Shown here: in pieces, positions 1 to 13,380 of the stretch | How positions within the stretch are numbered: position 1 is the first letter of the stretch | How the letters are laid out: each line of letters begins with the position of its first letter | Source of the DNA: Mobula hypostoma | Taxonomy: Eukaryota | Direction of reading: 5' to 3' | Length of the DNA: 64,000 bases | Assembly: GCF_963921235.1 (NCBI RefSeq) | Contig: NC_086108.1 | Location: 56,732,001 to 56,796,000 of the forward strand | Translations under genes and position numbers: made by a program | The notes under the pieces: generated by a model | The model's input: the letters and a program-made list of their open reading frames with translations, nothing else | Database searches by the model: none | Told to the model about the DNA's origin: nothing

Positions 1-224
1 GTACGGCCCCGATCTGAGTCAGGATCCATTCGGCAGTCTTATCTGCTTCATTATTACTGCTTTATGTTTCTATTTTCCTGACTTCTTTATGTATTATGAG
101 CATGTTCATGTTTCCACAGCATGCTTTTGTTTTCTCATTGCTTCACTGGAATAATTTTTAATTTCATCAAATGTTGCTGCTTTCGAGTCAGTCATACAGC
201 ACTGTAACTTATTTATTTATTTCT

Positions 225-460
225 ATTTAGAGATACAGCACAGCTATTGATCCTTCCAGCTCAACGAGCTCATGTCACCCAGTTACACCCATGTTACCAA
301 TTAATTAACTAACTTGAATATCTTCAGAATGTGGGAGTAAACCAGAGCACCCGGGTGAAAGCCATGCGGTCAGAGGGAGAAAGTACAAACTCCTTACAGA
401 CAGTAGTGGAACTGAATCCTGGTCTCTGGCGCTGCAATAGCGTTATGGCTACTGCTTTCC
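225..460 (-). mobile_element. V-SINE/HE1-like SINE
   Basis: V-domain-like core GTGGGAG-AAACCAGAGCACCCGG...ACAAACTCCTTACAGACAG; a related copy lies at about 58.5 kb. Confidence 0.6.
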
Positions 461-1499
461 TCCCATAAAGTTCTTCGCTGCCATTGGGGTTTGTTTATTT
501 TCCACTTTGGAGGAAATGAATGAATGATAATGCAAGTTAATACCTATTTTACGATATTTGTTATTTTCCTGTATGAAGATTTACAAGTACGCCATTAACA
601 TACATTGCAGAGAACTGGCTCTACATCTCAAAAGAAATTAGAGCTTAAAGGATAGATTTGCAGATGAAATATTATGGAATGCAAAGTCTTTTATAAATAT
701 TAAAAATAGTGAAAAATTCTGGTGTCCAAAAAGGTGATCTTCACCTGATATGGCTGCGATAGTAAATATGTACTTTGAATTTGTATTCAGCAAAAAGGAG
801 AAGGTGAATGACAGATTAAAGGAGAAGATAGCAGAGAAATAGCATTAGATTTAAGTAGATGAAGAGGATTAAAAGGTTAGCAGTGCTCTAAGTAAAGCAG
901 TTAACCAAATGGAGAAACTGCAGAGGTTCTGACCATTGTTAACTCTTCTTCAAAAAGCCGAATGAGATCACCTGCCAATTACAGGCCTATCAGTTGGTTT
1001 GGGGAAACGTTCAGAAACATGAAATCATTTTTCTTTAAATGGATATTAGAAGGTAGCTAGCAAGAAATTATAAAATCAAATTACTAAAACACCATTTGCT
1101 TAAGTAGCATTTAACATAAATTAATATAATATGATTGATGTTATGTTATGTGCAGTTCCAAATTATTGTGAAGTACCACCTAACAGTTGTTAGCAAAATT
1201 GTTATCCATGGGATTTAAAATGAAATGGATGAATAGATATTACATTAGCTATGAGAATATTGGGTTTGGAAATTCAATTATGCGATGCATGTATTTTAAT
1301 TGCTACACGACTCAGTGACCCAAATAGTTTTAAGTCTGCTTTGATGCCTGAAGGAATTGCAATGTAAAATCAATTGTGAATTGATACCTCATAAAAGCAA
1401 AATGTATTATACAACTCTCAACGACATGTTTTCTTGTCTACTCAAGCATATCATACCTGTCCTCTTATGACCAAGGAAAGTTCCATTCCATTAAGCTCA

Positions 1500-3866
1500 A
1501 GGAATACACGGATATGTCCTCAGCATCATTTGGACCAGACATCAGGATCATTATACAGTACAGTATCCAACTGGGTTTTCGTCACTCTGGCAGCATCCTT
1601 GCACAGTTGCTTAATGTCATCGTGTAGGGGCCTAGGATCCACTGGGAGAACTTTACATTATCATCAGCTCTCTACGAAACAAGCATCTGGACAGTCTGCT
1701 CATTACGGCTGGAGACTTCAATCATGTTAACCTACAGGACATTTTACCCAAATCCACCAAAATGGCACCAAGGCCTTTACGGGAACAAACAAGCTGTTCC
1801 ATGTTTACAGACGTAGTACTTACAAAGCCATCCCATGCCCTTTATCTTGGCCACTCTGACCACAACTACATAAAGTTAATTCCAGCATACAGACCACTGC
1901 TGAAAATGGAGAAACCAGTCAACAGGACCATCACTGTATGGCCTAACGAGGCAAACTCTATGCTTCAGAACTGTTTTTAATGGACCATCTGGTAGATGTT
2001 CAAGGAGGTCGCCACTAATGGAGTAGACACAGACCTCGAGGAATACTCCTCATCTGTCATCGGCTACATCAAGAGCATTCATCTCACAGCCCAACCAGAA
2101 GTCCTGGTTGAATGCAGAGGTATGCTCTCTACTAAAAGTCCGGAAGACCAGTGATAGAACTCCTCTCAGAGCAGCCAGGAAAAACCCCATCGTAGACATC
2201 AAGAAAGCAAAGACCGCCTCTGCACCAGTAGTTCAGGGAGTCCTGTCTGATAATGGTCCCCAGCGTATGTGGCTGGGCATCAAGGGCACTACTGACTATA
2301 CAAGGCAAAACAGCATTGACTGTACCAGTGATGCCTCCCTCCCCGATGCTCTAAACAATTTCCACATGCTCTTCGAGGCATGCAACACAACACTGGCCAC
2401 GAAAACCACCCCCTTCCCAGATGAGCAGTCACTGTCTGTAACACCAGTAGACGTGAGGAGAACTGCAGAGAGTCACCACTCCCCCTTAAGAAGTCCAGGC
2501 CAGACCATATCCCAGGCCGAGTACTCAGGGAGCGTGCACACCAACTCCCTGGCATCTTCATGGTCATCTTCAATGCTTCACTCATCCAAGCTGCCATTCC
2601 CACATGCTTCAAATCAGCCACCGTCATTCCGGTACCAAAGAATTCTATACATTCAGAACTAAATGACTACAGCCCAGTGGCACTGATGCCAAACATCATG
2701 AAGTGCTTTGAATCCCTGATAATGACACACATCAAAATCTCCATTGCTGCCATGTTGGACACTCACCAGTATGATTACCGACAGAATCACACCTGGCCCT
2801 GACACCTAGAAAACAAAGACACTTATGTCAGAACGCTGTTTCTGGGCTTCAATGTGGCATTCGGTACTATTGTCCCACAGACTTTGGTAAACAAATTCTT
2901 CCTCCTTGGTCAAAATACACCACCATGTAGCCCTTTCTAACGAACAGACCTCAATCAGTCGGGATGCACAATCATTCCTCCCTCATTCTCAACACGGATG
3001 CTCTCCAACGCTGTGTGCTGAGCCCCCTGCGGTACATTCTGCTCACGGCCAAACACTCAAGCCATCACACCGTCAAGTTTGCCGACAACACAGCGGTGGT
3101 GGGGCCCATCACCAACAACGATGAGATGGCCTACAGAGAGGAGGTGGAAGAGCTCGGGGCATGGTGCCAGGAAAATACCCTCTTCCCTAATGTCAACAAG
3201 ACAAAGGAGATAGTTATCGACTTCAGGAACAATCACATCATTAACAACCCCTTTACATCTTGGCACAGCAGTGGAAACTGCGAGTGGTTTCAATCTCCTG
3301 GGAGTGCACATCTCACAAAACCCCTCATGGTCTCAGAACACCTTCTTCACAGCTAAGAAAGCTCATCAACGCCACTACTTTCTGAGGACACTGAAGAGAG
3401 CTGGACTTTGCACATCTATACTCACGTTATTCTACAGACGCACAGCAGAGAACATCCTGACATGCTGCATCACTGCTTGGTACGGAAACTGCACTGTGGC
3501 AGACAGGAAGTCTCTACAATAGATGGTCAAAACTCCCCAGTGCATCACTGGCACCAGCCTACCTTCTGTCAAGGACATGTATATAGAAAGGTACCAGAAA
3601 AGTGCCAACAACTTTGAAGGATCCTACACACCCTGCTCGGGGACTGTTTGTTTCAGTCTCATCAGGAGGGAGGAGGATATGTAATGTTCACACCAGGATC
3701 ATAAGACTCAAAAACAATTACTTTCCCCAAGCAGTAAGGCTGATCAACACCTCCACCCACTAACCAGCCCACCAGTACTTTATTATTTCCCATCAGTCAG
3801 CTTAAGTACAAGGACATACGATAAATCTATGCATATAAGCTATCTTACGTATTTATATGTATTGCA

Positions 3867-3900
<34 letters not shown>

Positions 3901-4020
3901 GTGTTCTTTATCTTGTGTGTGTTTTTCTTGGTGCTGCATCGGATCCAGAGCAACAATTATTTTTTCCTCCTTAAACTTGTGTACAGGAAATGACATTAAA
4001 CATGAAACAATCTTTATCTA
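1500..4020 (+). mobile_element. Decayed Rex-Babar-type LINE (endonuclease + RT fragments)
   Basis: Frameshifted ORFs carry GHSDH, CFKSATVIPVPK...IMKCFE, VKFADNT and LLGVHIS...CITAWYGNC; an (ATT)n tract lies in the 3' end. Confidence 0.85.
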
Positions 4021-5879
4021 GGATGTCAGTGAAACATATCTGAGAATTGTGTTGACATCCTCTTTCCCACTGCTCATAAAGTTGCAGGGTCACTTCCAGC
4101 AGTGATTGGATGTGCTGCTTGCCTCCCATTAAGACTGATTGGATTTGTGGGACAGAACTCTTGAACTTACTCCGGCATAATCTACGTGAATGAAGATTAC
4201 TTCATGATGGGCATTTTCTAGCTATTCAAATCCTTGCATAAAGTGCTCACAGGGAAACCATATTCTCGTGGTAACGGGCCAAACTGGCCTGAGTCTCCAG
4301 TAAATTGCTGTTTTAGCTTGTGTCTGATGGACGATTGGGTTTTTGCAGATGTTCAACGCCCTGGTAGATCTCCGTACTTCAGAGGAGTACCCTTCATGCT
4401 ACTGTGTAATGGCTGTGAGATATTTGCACTGTGATTTGGATCTGAATAGACAGGACGTAACTTCAAAAATGGCAAATAACAAAACAACTCGCAAATGTGG
4501 TGCATTGTGGGGAGACGTGCTGGACACTTCAGGAAGATAGGAGGCAATGAACTAACACCTGCTGGATAAAATTTAGGAAGTTAGGAGGCGTGATACATAG
4601 AACTTTGGTGAGGCAGAAAAAAGGAGAGGCAGCATAAAGTAAGTGGATATGCACTTCCAAGGACTCCTGTTAAAAAGGCAGCTCAGTCCTGGGTCCCACA
4701 ATGCAGGCGTAGAGTACAAAAGCTAGGAAGTCAAACATGGAATGGAATGGCCTGCTAAGCTGTGGTCACAGAGGGGGTTTACTGTAATGAAACCAGGGAT
4801 GTGGGACTTTTCAGAAGGGTGGCTAAATAAAATGGGTTTTTCCCCTTAGGTCTAGGTTTTTATTGTGATGGTCAGAATGTTAGAAGATTTTGATAAAGCA
4901 AGTGACAAATGCTGGCAACCAGAGGATTCTCATACTGCTTGGGGAAAGAAGCTCAGACGTCATGAAGAGAAATATTTTAAGCAGTGAGCTGCCACAGGCT
5001 GGAATGTATTGACAGAAGGGAGATGAAAGCAGATTCTATAGGAATTTATGGAAGCAAATTAGAAAGATGTTTCAAAGGGAATCATGTCCCTGGCTCTGGG
5101 AAAAGAGCTATGAAATGAGACTAATAAAGAAAAGGGTTTTTCCCAGCTCTTGCTGAATTTTACAGCAGGACCTGAATGATCATTTTTGAATTCATCTCCT
5201 GGTATTCAGTATTCCTAAAAATGTGGCAGGTTTATTACCATAAACATTAGCAGATTTAATTGACTAACTCAATTGCATTCATAGGACATTAAAGGATTTA
5301 CTTTACCTTGGTAGATAATATCACCAACATTGCTACGAGGAGCTATTGGCTGACACTTGAATTTGACATGGTTTACACCATTCATATGACTGCCACAACA
5401 TCTGCAGGAGAAGGGGAAAAGGGAACAGAGATACCCATCAAACTTGGTGAGTAAAACACTTTTAACCTTGGATAAAGGAATCCACCAGGGTTGGGGAGGC
5501 AGATGTGAAACTAAATTTTGGGTTGTATGATAACAAGCCAGCTCCACTCTGCCTGTAAATCACCTGCTTGCTAAACTAAGAGGAGGCATTAATCAGTAAA
5601 TACAGTAGTTATTCCTTTTATCTTTAGGATAACAAATTCAGAGGTGATAAATGGTTTTGCTGGAAGTTGGAGTGGAGAAGGGAAGACACAGTCAACAAAT
5701 TTTATTTTGGTCTTGAGATTTTGTCCCTTAGTGTCCCTAAGAAAATGTTGATGGGCATTTCCTCGAATCACTGAATATTTATTTATTTTATTTTATTTGG
5801 TGATACAGTTTCCAACCCTCTGATCAATGGCGGCCCAGCAACCCCACAACCCTGATTAGCGCTAACTTAGTCACAGGAC

Positions 5880-6325
5880 AAAGATTGGAGGTGCAAAGGG
5901 ATTTGGGTGTCCTAGTGCAGAATTTCCTAAACATTAACTTGTTGGCAGGAAGGAAGGTAAATGCAATGTTTCAAGAGGATTAGAATATAAGAGCAAGGAA
6001 GTACAGTAATGCTGAGGCTTTAGAAGGTGTTGGTCAGACCACATTTGGAACAATTTTGGATGTCCCTTTAGAAAAGAGATGAGGAAGGATTTGTTTTTAG
6101 CCAGAGGGTGATGATTATGTTACCACAGATGGCTGCGGAAGCCAAAGTATCGGGTATATTTAAAGTAGAAGCTGATAGTTTCTTGATTATTAGGATCATC
6201 AAAGGTGACAGGGATAAGGCAGGAGAATGGGGTTGAGGGGGAACATAAATCATCCATGATGGAATGTCAGCGGAGACACAATGAGCTGAAAGGTCTAAAT
6301 CTGCTCCTATGTGTTACAGTCTTAT
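5880..6325 (+). mobile_element. CR1 LINE 3' fragment, internally deleted
   Basis: Similar to the CR1 3' ends at 23.4-24.1 kb and 55.7-56.5 kb. Confidence 0.7.
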
Positions 6326-6402
6326 TAAAATTATTTTTGTCTATCAGCCAATATTACAAGTTATAGGGTGATGTTTTTACCATATTTGTTGTAAACCAAT
6401 AG

Positions 6403-6444
6403 TACCTGATGCAACTGAGATAATTTTGTTGGAAAGCAAAGCAG
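6403..6444 (+). CDS. IL23R: IL-23 receptor, candidate extracellular stalk exon (VPDATEIILLESKA-E)
   Basis: AG acceptor at 6401-6402 and donor CAG|GTGTAA give a 42-nt phase 1-1 exon. It starts with V-P like the human stalk exon and joins in frame to 9296. Short and poorly conserved, so support is moderate. Confidence 0.6.
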
Positions 6445-6559
6445 GTGTAAGTGTCTCTCCTCCATCATGCAATAGGTGTTTTTATTAATGTAGTCATTCG
6501 TGGGCTTTTCTCCACAACCTCTGAATCTGGCCTTCATTTGTTATCAAAGATTCCTGACT

Positions 6560-7025
6560 GAAAAATCAAAGTAAATTTACTATCAAACTACATATATCAC
6601 CATATGCAGACCCGAGATTCATTTACTTGAGGACATAGTAAATCCAAGAAATATCAATGAAAGTATCAATGAAAGACCTGATCCAGTAGGATGGACAAAC
6701 AACCAGTGTGCAAAAGACAACAAACAGTGCAAATACAAAAGAATAAATAAATAAACGTCAAGGACATGAGATGAAGAGTCTTTCAGGTTGTGGGGACAGT
6801 TCAGTGATGGGACGAGTGAAGTTGGGTAAAGTTATCCCCATTGGTTCAAAAGCCTGATCTTTGAGGGGTCATAACTGTTCCTGAACCTTGTGGTGTGAGT
6901 CCTGAGGCTCCTGTACCTTCTTCCTGATGGCAGCAGCAAGAAGACAGCATGACCTGGGCGGTGGGGTCCCTGATTATGGATGATGCTTTCCTGTGACAAT
7001 GGGAAAAATGTATGTGGGAATAGCT
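6560..7025 (-). mobile_element. Rex-Babar-type LINE 3' end
   Basis: Similar to the minus-strand 3' ends at 39.0-40.8 kb and 52.8-53.1 kb (ctgttcctgaacc...ctcctgtacct...cctgatgg). Confidence 0.65.
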
Positions 7026-7027
7026 GT

Positions 7028-7765
7028 TCAAAGGTTCAAAGGTACATGTAATGTCAGGGAAATGTATACAATATACATCCTGAAATGCTTTTTCTTCGCA
7101 ACCATCTACGAAAACAGAGGAGTGCCCCAAAGGATGAATGACAGTTAAATGTTAGAACCCCAATGTCCCTCCCAGCTCCCCCCCCCCGTGCGTAAGTGGC
7201 AGCAAGCAACAATCCCTCTCCCCCCACCGGCAAAAATAAAGTGCACCCACTACCAGCACTCAAGTGTGAGCAAAGCAATAGCAAAGACACAGGCTTGCAG
7301 TTACCCCAAAGACTACATTGTTCACCCGATAATTTGACATGCTGCAGGCTCTCTCTCCTAATAAGGGAAAAAGAGGTGACTCCATTTTCCAATGAGTGGG
7401 GTCTGTGCCTGGAGATCGCAAGGATCCCGGGTCCCCAGGCACACAACAGATGTTCCGACTCCCCCAATGACACACGGATCTCCTGTGGCGACACCGACCC
7501 TTGATTTGCCCATCTCCAGTTACTCGAGATCCTAGGCTCCTGAAACTGTGCCGAAATCTTAGGCCGAGACTTTGACAACACGAATAGCAGCCGATTGTGG
7601 AACCCTGGAGCGGGTCCCATTCCCGTAAAGAACCGTAGTCAGCGTGTAACTCCAGGTGAGGGTCTTCAAAAGAACCCTGAAAGGGAAAAATAGCGATATT
7701 AAAGATGGAGGTAGGACTGTTTTCGAAGATGCAAGCAAAGGAGTTGCCGTAGGGCGCCATAACTA
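7028..7765 (-). mobile_element. CpG-rich short (probably non-autonomous) retroelement
   Basis: On the minus strand it begins ATGGCGCC and ends in a (CCTTTGAA)n-type tail. It abuts the preceding LINE fragment and has no convincing ORF. Confidence 0.4.
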
Positions 7766-7924
7766 CTTAGCCCCCAGTAGTTGGGGGGAACAACTTTATA
7801 AGTTTGAAATCCGGTAGAGTTGATGGGAAATAGAGCACGTTATTTCAGAGCACCACCCTCAAGAAGACAAAATATGAAAATACAAACATTTTTAATTTTA
7901 TACAGCCTTAACAACCATAATCTG

Positions 7925-8095
7925 CCCAACACACATGAAATGCTGGAGAAACTCAGCAAGTCAGCTAGCATCTATGATGGGAAATAAACAGTCAACATTT
8001 CAGGCGAAGACCCTTCATCAGAACTCAGTCCAAATATTGAATCTTGTGTTGCTCAAGATTTTCAGCATCAGCAGGATCTCTTGTGTTTTGATCCA
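7925..8095 (-). mobile_element. Penelope terminal (pLTR) mini-insertion with hammerhead-like motif
   Basis: Shares the aaatgctggag-aactcagca...gacccttcatcag block with the Penelope end at 46.6 kb. Confidence 0.65.
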
Positions 8096-8329
8096 CCCAA
8101 GTACTGTGCAACTAATGTAAGTGTAGTCATTTTTTTAAATATAGGGAATGTGGTGGTCAGCTTATGCATAGCAGACTCCCAAAGCAGCAATGTGATAATG
8201 ATTAGTTAATCTACTTTAGTGATAATAATGTCTAAATATTGGCCAAGACACCAGAATGCTCATCAAAGTGCTCCTATGGAATCTCATGGGTCCACCTAAG
8301 ATCTCTGGTAGAATCTTAGTTAAAAAAAG

Positions 8330-9090
8330 AGTCATAGAGGTCTACAGCACAGAAACAGGCACTTTAACCTATATAGTCCATGCTGAATTATTATTCTTCC
8401 TAGTCCCATCGACTTACACCTAGATAATAGCCCCCCATATACCTCCTGTCCATGTACTTATCCAAATTTCTCTTAAATATTGAAATCAAACCCGCATTCA
8501 CCACTTCTGCTGGCAGCTCATTCCATGCTCTCACCAAACTTTGAGTGAAGAAGTTCTCCTTGTATTCCACTTGAACATTTCACCTTTCACCTTTAACTCA
8601 TGATCTATATTTCTAGTCTCATCCAACCTCAGTGGGAAAAGCTGCTTTACAGCTACCCTATCTATACCCCTCATAATTTTGTATACCATTATCAAATCTC
8701 CCCTCAGTCTTCTATACTTCAGAGAATAAAGTGCTAACCTGTTCAGTCTTTCCCTCTAACTCAAGTTCTCAAGTTCCAGCAACATCCTTGTGAATTTTCT
8801 CTGCACTCTGTAGGTGACCATAACTGCACACAGCCTAAGTTTCGCCTCATCAAAGTATTATACAACTTCAACGTAACATCCTAACTCCTGTACTCAATAC
8901 TTTAATTTATGAAGGCCAACATGCCAAAAGCTCTATTTATCTACCTGTGACGTTATTTTCAAGGAACTATGGATTTGTATTCCTGGATCCCTCTATTCTA
9001 CCGTGCTCCTCAGTGCCCTACCATTCACCATGTGAGTCCTACTCTGGTTTGTTCTCACAAAGTGCAACACCTCACACTTGTCTGCATTAA
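8330..9090 (-). mobile_element. CR1 LINE 3' part
   Basis: Similar to 19515-20300 and to the reverse complement of 24250-25020. Confidence 0.8.
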
Positions 9091-9295
9091 TTATCTCATC
9101 CAAAAGGTGTTTTTTCCATCAAGCATTGGAGAGCTTTCCTCTTACTGAGTGGCTGTGTGTTTTGCTCATATTTTTGAATCATTAATAGTACGAACTTAAC
9201 CATCATATTTGCTTATTTCATTGTACATATTTCTTTTAAAAAACATCCAATTGTGAAAATAACTGTACATTCTTATCTACTATTGGCATTTTTAG

Positions 9296-9395
9296 AATAT
9301 TATGGCATTGCTCTGCCACTGCAGCTAAGCCTGGGAATAAGCATTCCAACAGCCTTCCTTTTGGCTCTAACGCTTGCAAAATCAGTCAGGAAAAG
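9296..9395 (+). CDS. IL23R: IL-23 receptor, transmembrane exon ((E)YYGIALPLQLSLGISIPTAFLLALTLAKSVRK-R)
   Basis: ttttag acceptor and AAG|gtgagt donor; 100 nt, phase 1 to 2. Encodes a hydrophobic span followed by a basic stop-transfer segment. Its phase matches the next exon. Confidence 0.88.
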
Positions 9396-11739
9396 GTGAG
9401 TACTTGGATTGATCAACAACCTCATCAAGCAAATTATTAAAGTAGAAAGTGTTACTGTTAATGCTATCTTACAGCATAGACTTTGCCAAATTTGAAACTG
9501 AACCTTAGACACTGAGAAACAAAAGGCACACTTGCAATCTATGATGAGATGCTAACTTCAGCTGAGACGAGAATATAGCTATTGAGCTGAGGTGCAAATC
9601 TAAATCGAAATCGTTACCCAGGAAACTTATCTCTTGATTAACTGTTTATTTTGTGGTTTACACCTTGATAGATTTTAACTTTCACATAGGTTGGCTGGTT
9701 TAAAATGAACCCTGCTTTCCTGCCCCTGCCCCCATCCCTACCCAGAGTTTTTTGTTAACTGCAAAATTCAGAGTATACCTTGTCAAGCTCTCAAGTTCCA
9801 GAAGAGTAGACGTATTTGTAACCATTTAGGTAAAACCTCCAACATTTGTTATCCAGTTTCACCCATTGAGAATGGTCATTCATGCAGTCTCATGAAGAGT
9901 TCATACCTGAAGAGAGGAAAGAAAATACTGGTGCAGAAACCAAACTTCCCATTGAATATTATTAAGCTAATAAAGCAAAGTATCTCTTTAGGCGCTTCCT
10001 TCATTCACAAATTAAAGTAAAAAAAAGTGTCACTGTTGGCCTAGTAAGGATCTCCAAGGAGCTCCAGTAATACTTTGCTACAACATAGAGGATCAATCAT
10101 TAGTATTTGGTAGCCACACATTATATTATTAGTACAATAATGGAAAATGTGTTAAACAAAGTCTTTGGTTACTTTACAGCTAAAGATTATTTATCCCTGA
10201 AAATGTATTACTGATGCTTTTGTCTACATTGAATTAATGAATTTTTGATGATTCAAAATACCTACTTGTCTATTTGATAACTATTTATACACAATTTTAC
10301 TGAACTAGTAAGAGTTTGTTAAAACCCAGAGAAATTAAGTATATGTCTTCAACATTTCTGTTTGTTTATTGTGGGTTTCCCTGCTGATATGCAAAGAGTG
10401 CTCCTTCTGGGAACAGGAAGTTCAACAGGAAACAGGAAATAGAAAACATAACAACAGAAAGATTTAACAGTCCTGAACTTAATCTTGGCAACTCATTTCT
10501 CATCAATGTGAAAGGTGTTAGTAAGAAATGGAAATTTTCAGTATTTCAATAGAACACACTTTCACTACTACTTACATCAGCATCAAGATTCACTGATGGA
10601 TGTGCTGATTCCTAACTGCCACTGATGAGGTGATGTTGAACTGGCTTCTAGAGTCTCAGCAGTATGTCCTAAAAAGCTACTCCTATGTTGTTGTTGGGAT
10701 GAGAGTTACAGTATGTTAGCAGGGCAGGATGATCTATGGCCTTTCTATTCATTATTTTTTGTTATCTAATCATCACTTGCATGTATTACTCATCTTTAAT
10801 ATCGTTGTGAAGATGGTGGTGACCTATTGCCTTGAACCCCTCCTGCCCTTTTGCTAAATATACTCACAGAGTGACATCGGGAGAATTAAGCACCACAATG
10901 CTGAAAGATCAGAAAATATTTCCAGATCAATTTGAAGGGAAAGATGCAGGTTCTGGTATACCCATGTGCCAGTTGCCCTTGTCCTTCTTGGCCGTAAAGG
11001 TCATGGATTTGGGTAGTGCTGTTAGGGTAACTTAGATGAGTAATTTATGTGCACTGCAGCCAGTGTGCCTGTGCTGAAGGAAATGAACATTTAAGCTGAT
11101 GGAAGGGCACCAACCAGGTGATTTGCTTTGCCCTGGATAGCCTCAAGCTTCAGGAGCCTTGTTGAAACTGCTGTTGTCCAGGCAAGAATTCCATCATACT
11201 CCAACCTTGTGGGTTGTAGATAACGAAGTTTCAGGGTATCAGGAATTAGTTAGTCACTGCAAGGCCTGTTCTTGTGGCCACAGAATTTATGTGGCTGGCC
11301 TGTGGAGTTTCCATTCAATAGAGACTGTTAGGATGTTGAATATTAATACAAGTGAATGACGTGGGTGATCATGCTCTTTTAGAAGATGGTTAAAACTTGG
11401 CACTTTGTGGTGTAAATGCTACTTGTCACTTCCAAGAACATGCCTGACTGTTGTCCAGGTCTTGATGTATGCAGGCATGGGCTGCTGCATTTACTGAGGA
11501 GTTACAAATGGAATTGAACTCTATGCAATCGTCTGAGGATATCCTTATTTCTGTTATGGGTAAAACAATTGAAAATGGGCCGGCTGAGCACGTGCCCTGA
11601 GTGATATCCAGGGATTGAGATGAATGAACTACTACAGCAATCTTCCCTTTGTAGAATGACTCCACCTATTGGGGTATTATTCTATTTATGTTAGTTGACT
11701 AGTTTAAAAAATATTCCCTAAAGCCACACTTAGTTGAAT

Positions 11740-12232
11740 GCTATCTATGGAAAGGAATAAACAGTTGATGCTTCAGGGTGAGACCCTTCATCAGGACTGG
11801 AAAGGAAGAGGGAAAGAAGCTAGAAGAAGAAGGTGGGGAGATGGAAAGGAGTACAAGCTAGAAAATAATAGGTGAAGGGGGGAAGGGTGTGAGGTAAGAA
11901 GCTGGGAGGTGATAGGTGGAAAAGGTAAAGGGCTGAAGAAGATGGAATCTGATAGGAGAGGAGACTGGACCATGGGAGAAAGGGAAGGAGGTGGGGCAAC
12001 AGGGGAGGGTGATGGGCAGGTGAGAAGAGAAGAGGTAAGAGGGGAGCCAGAATAGAGAATGAAGAAAGAGGAAAGGGGAAGGTGGAAAAATTACTGGAAG
12101 TTAGAGAAATCAATGTTCATGCCATCAAGTTGGAAGCTACTCGGGTGGACTATGAGGTGTTGCTCCTCCAACCTGAGAGTGGCCTCATTGTGGCAGGAGA
12201 GGAAGCCATGGACTGACATGTTGGAATGGGAA
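11740..12232 (-). mobile_element. Penelope-like element 3' end
   Basis: Co-linear with 46640-47110 (end of the GIY-YIG ORF, purine-rich tract, pLTR). Confidence 0.75.
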
Positions 12233-13380
12233 TAAATGTTGTTAGTCTGTCAGCATTTCTGATTTTTCTTCTATCTTGAACATCTCTCCACATTAGAATG
12301 CAGGTTATGATAACAAATATCCCAAAATTTGGCACATTATTTAAGTACTACGTGACGTTTTTTTAAATCCTCTCTTGAACTCTGTAGTTATGAAAATATG
12401 AATTAGGAGCTTCCCCTTTCCTAAGACAATGCTGACTTTTCCCAATAGCCTTGTTTTTCTTGTGCCCTATTATAATGTCTTCAATAATAGCATCCAACAT
12501 TTTCACCATGATAGAATCTTTTGTGTGTATATCAATGATGTATGTCAATGACTTCGATGAAAATGAAGATGGATGATGAGTAAATTTGCAGATGACACAA
12601 AGAACAGTGGAATTGTGGTCAGTGTAGTGCAGTGATTCTCAACATGGGCCATATTGTCTCCCGGGAGGCCATACTTGTTTCCAAAGAGGCCGTAAGTAAA
12701 AAAACAAGAAACTGGGAGCGCACGAGTTTCTGAATGGGCCATGATAAGTTTACTGTTTTAATGAAATATTACTAAAATGTGTGTGTATATATATGTACAT
12801 AATTTAGTTGGAGCTCCAATGTAATGAATGGAAAAATAAGCTAGATGAGGCAGCAGTACAGCTTAGCCTGTGTGGGTATGGGGTGTGGGGCGTGGGGAGT
12901 GCAACATGTCGATCATTATCTCTGTTCCTGCTTCACCAGACACAATTCACCATTCACAGCTGCTGAGGTGAGTGTTGCAGGGCGCTCCACATCCACCCCC
13001 AAATCTCTGACGATACAGTAGTGGGCAGGCAGGCGTGGCCCAGCAGGAGAGCCTGCAATGCGCCCCACCAGTTAGTGATTATGATTACTTTGTTATAGAT
13101 AGTTACATGTTAGACAGGAACCATCAGCACCAGTCGCGAGGATCTCAGTACATAGCCGAGGTAACAATATTGATGTATGTTGCAACAATATTAAGTGTTT
13201 TTTTTCATTGCTGGTTGGAAGAATATTTTATATATATTATATATCAAGTATCCTATTCAGAGCTTTGGAATAGTTTTATTATTCATATACAACTGTAACA
13301 TTATATTTAAGGTACAATAATACCTATAACCTGTTAAAACATGAACATTGATGATATTTTAGAATAATTAGTACAGTTAC

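Noticed and set aside
560..810. Possible further IL23R extracellular exons near the window start
   Set aside because: Candidate acceptors give early stops or tiny exons, and no WSxWS/WQPWS-like motif was found. Those exons probably lie upstream of the window.
6348..6402. Stronger-looking upstream acceptor (ttttgtctatcag) for the stalk exon
   Set aside because: The phase-1 reading hits TAA at 6392-6394, so it cannot give a continuous IL23R frame.
7054..7760. Overlapping 166-188 aa ORFs as a nested gene in the IL23R intron
   Set aside because: They lie in a GC-rich repeat-like insert with a tandem tail and show no recognisable protein family.
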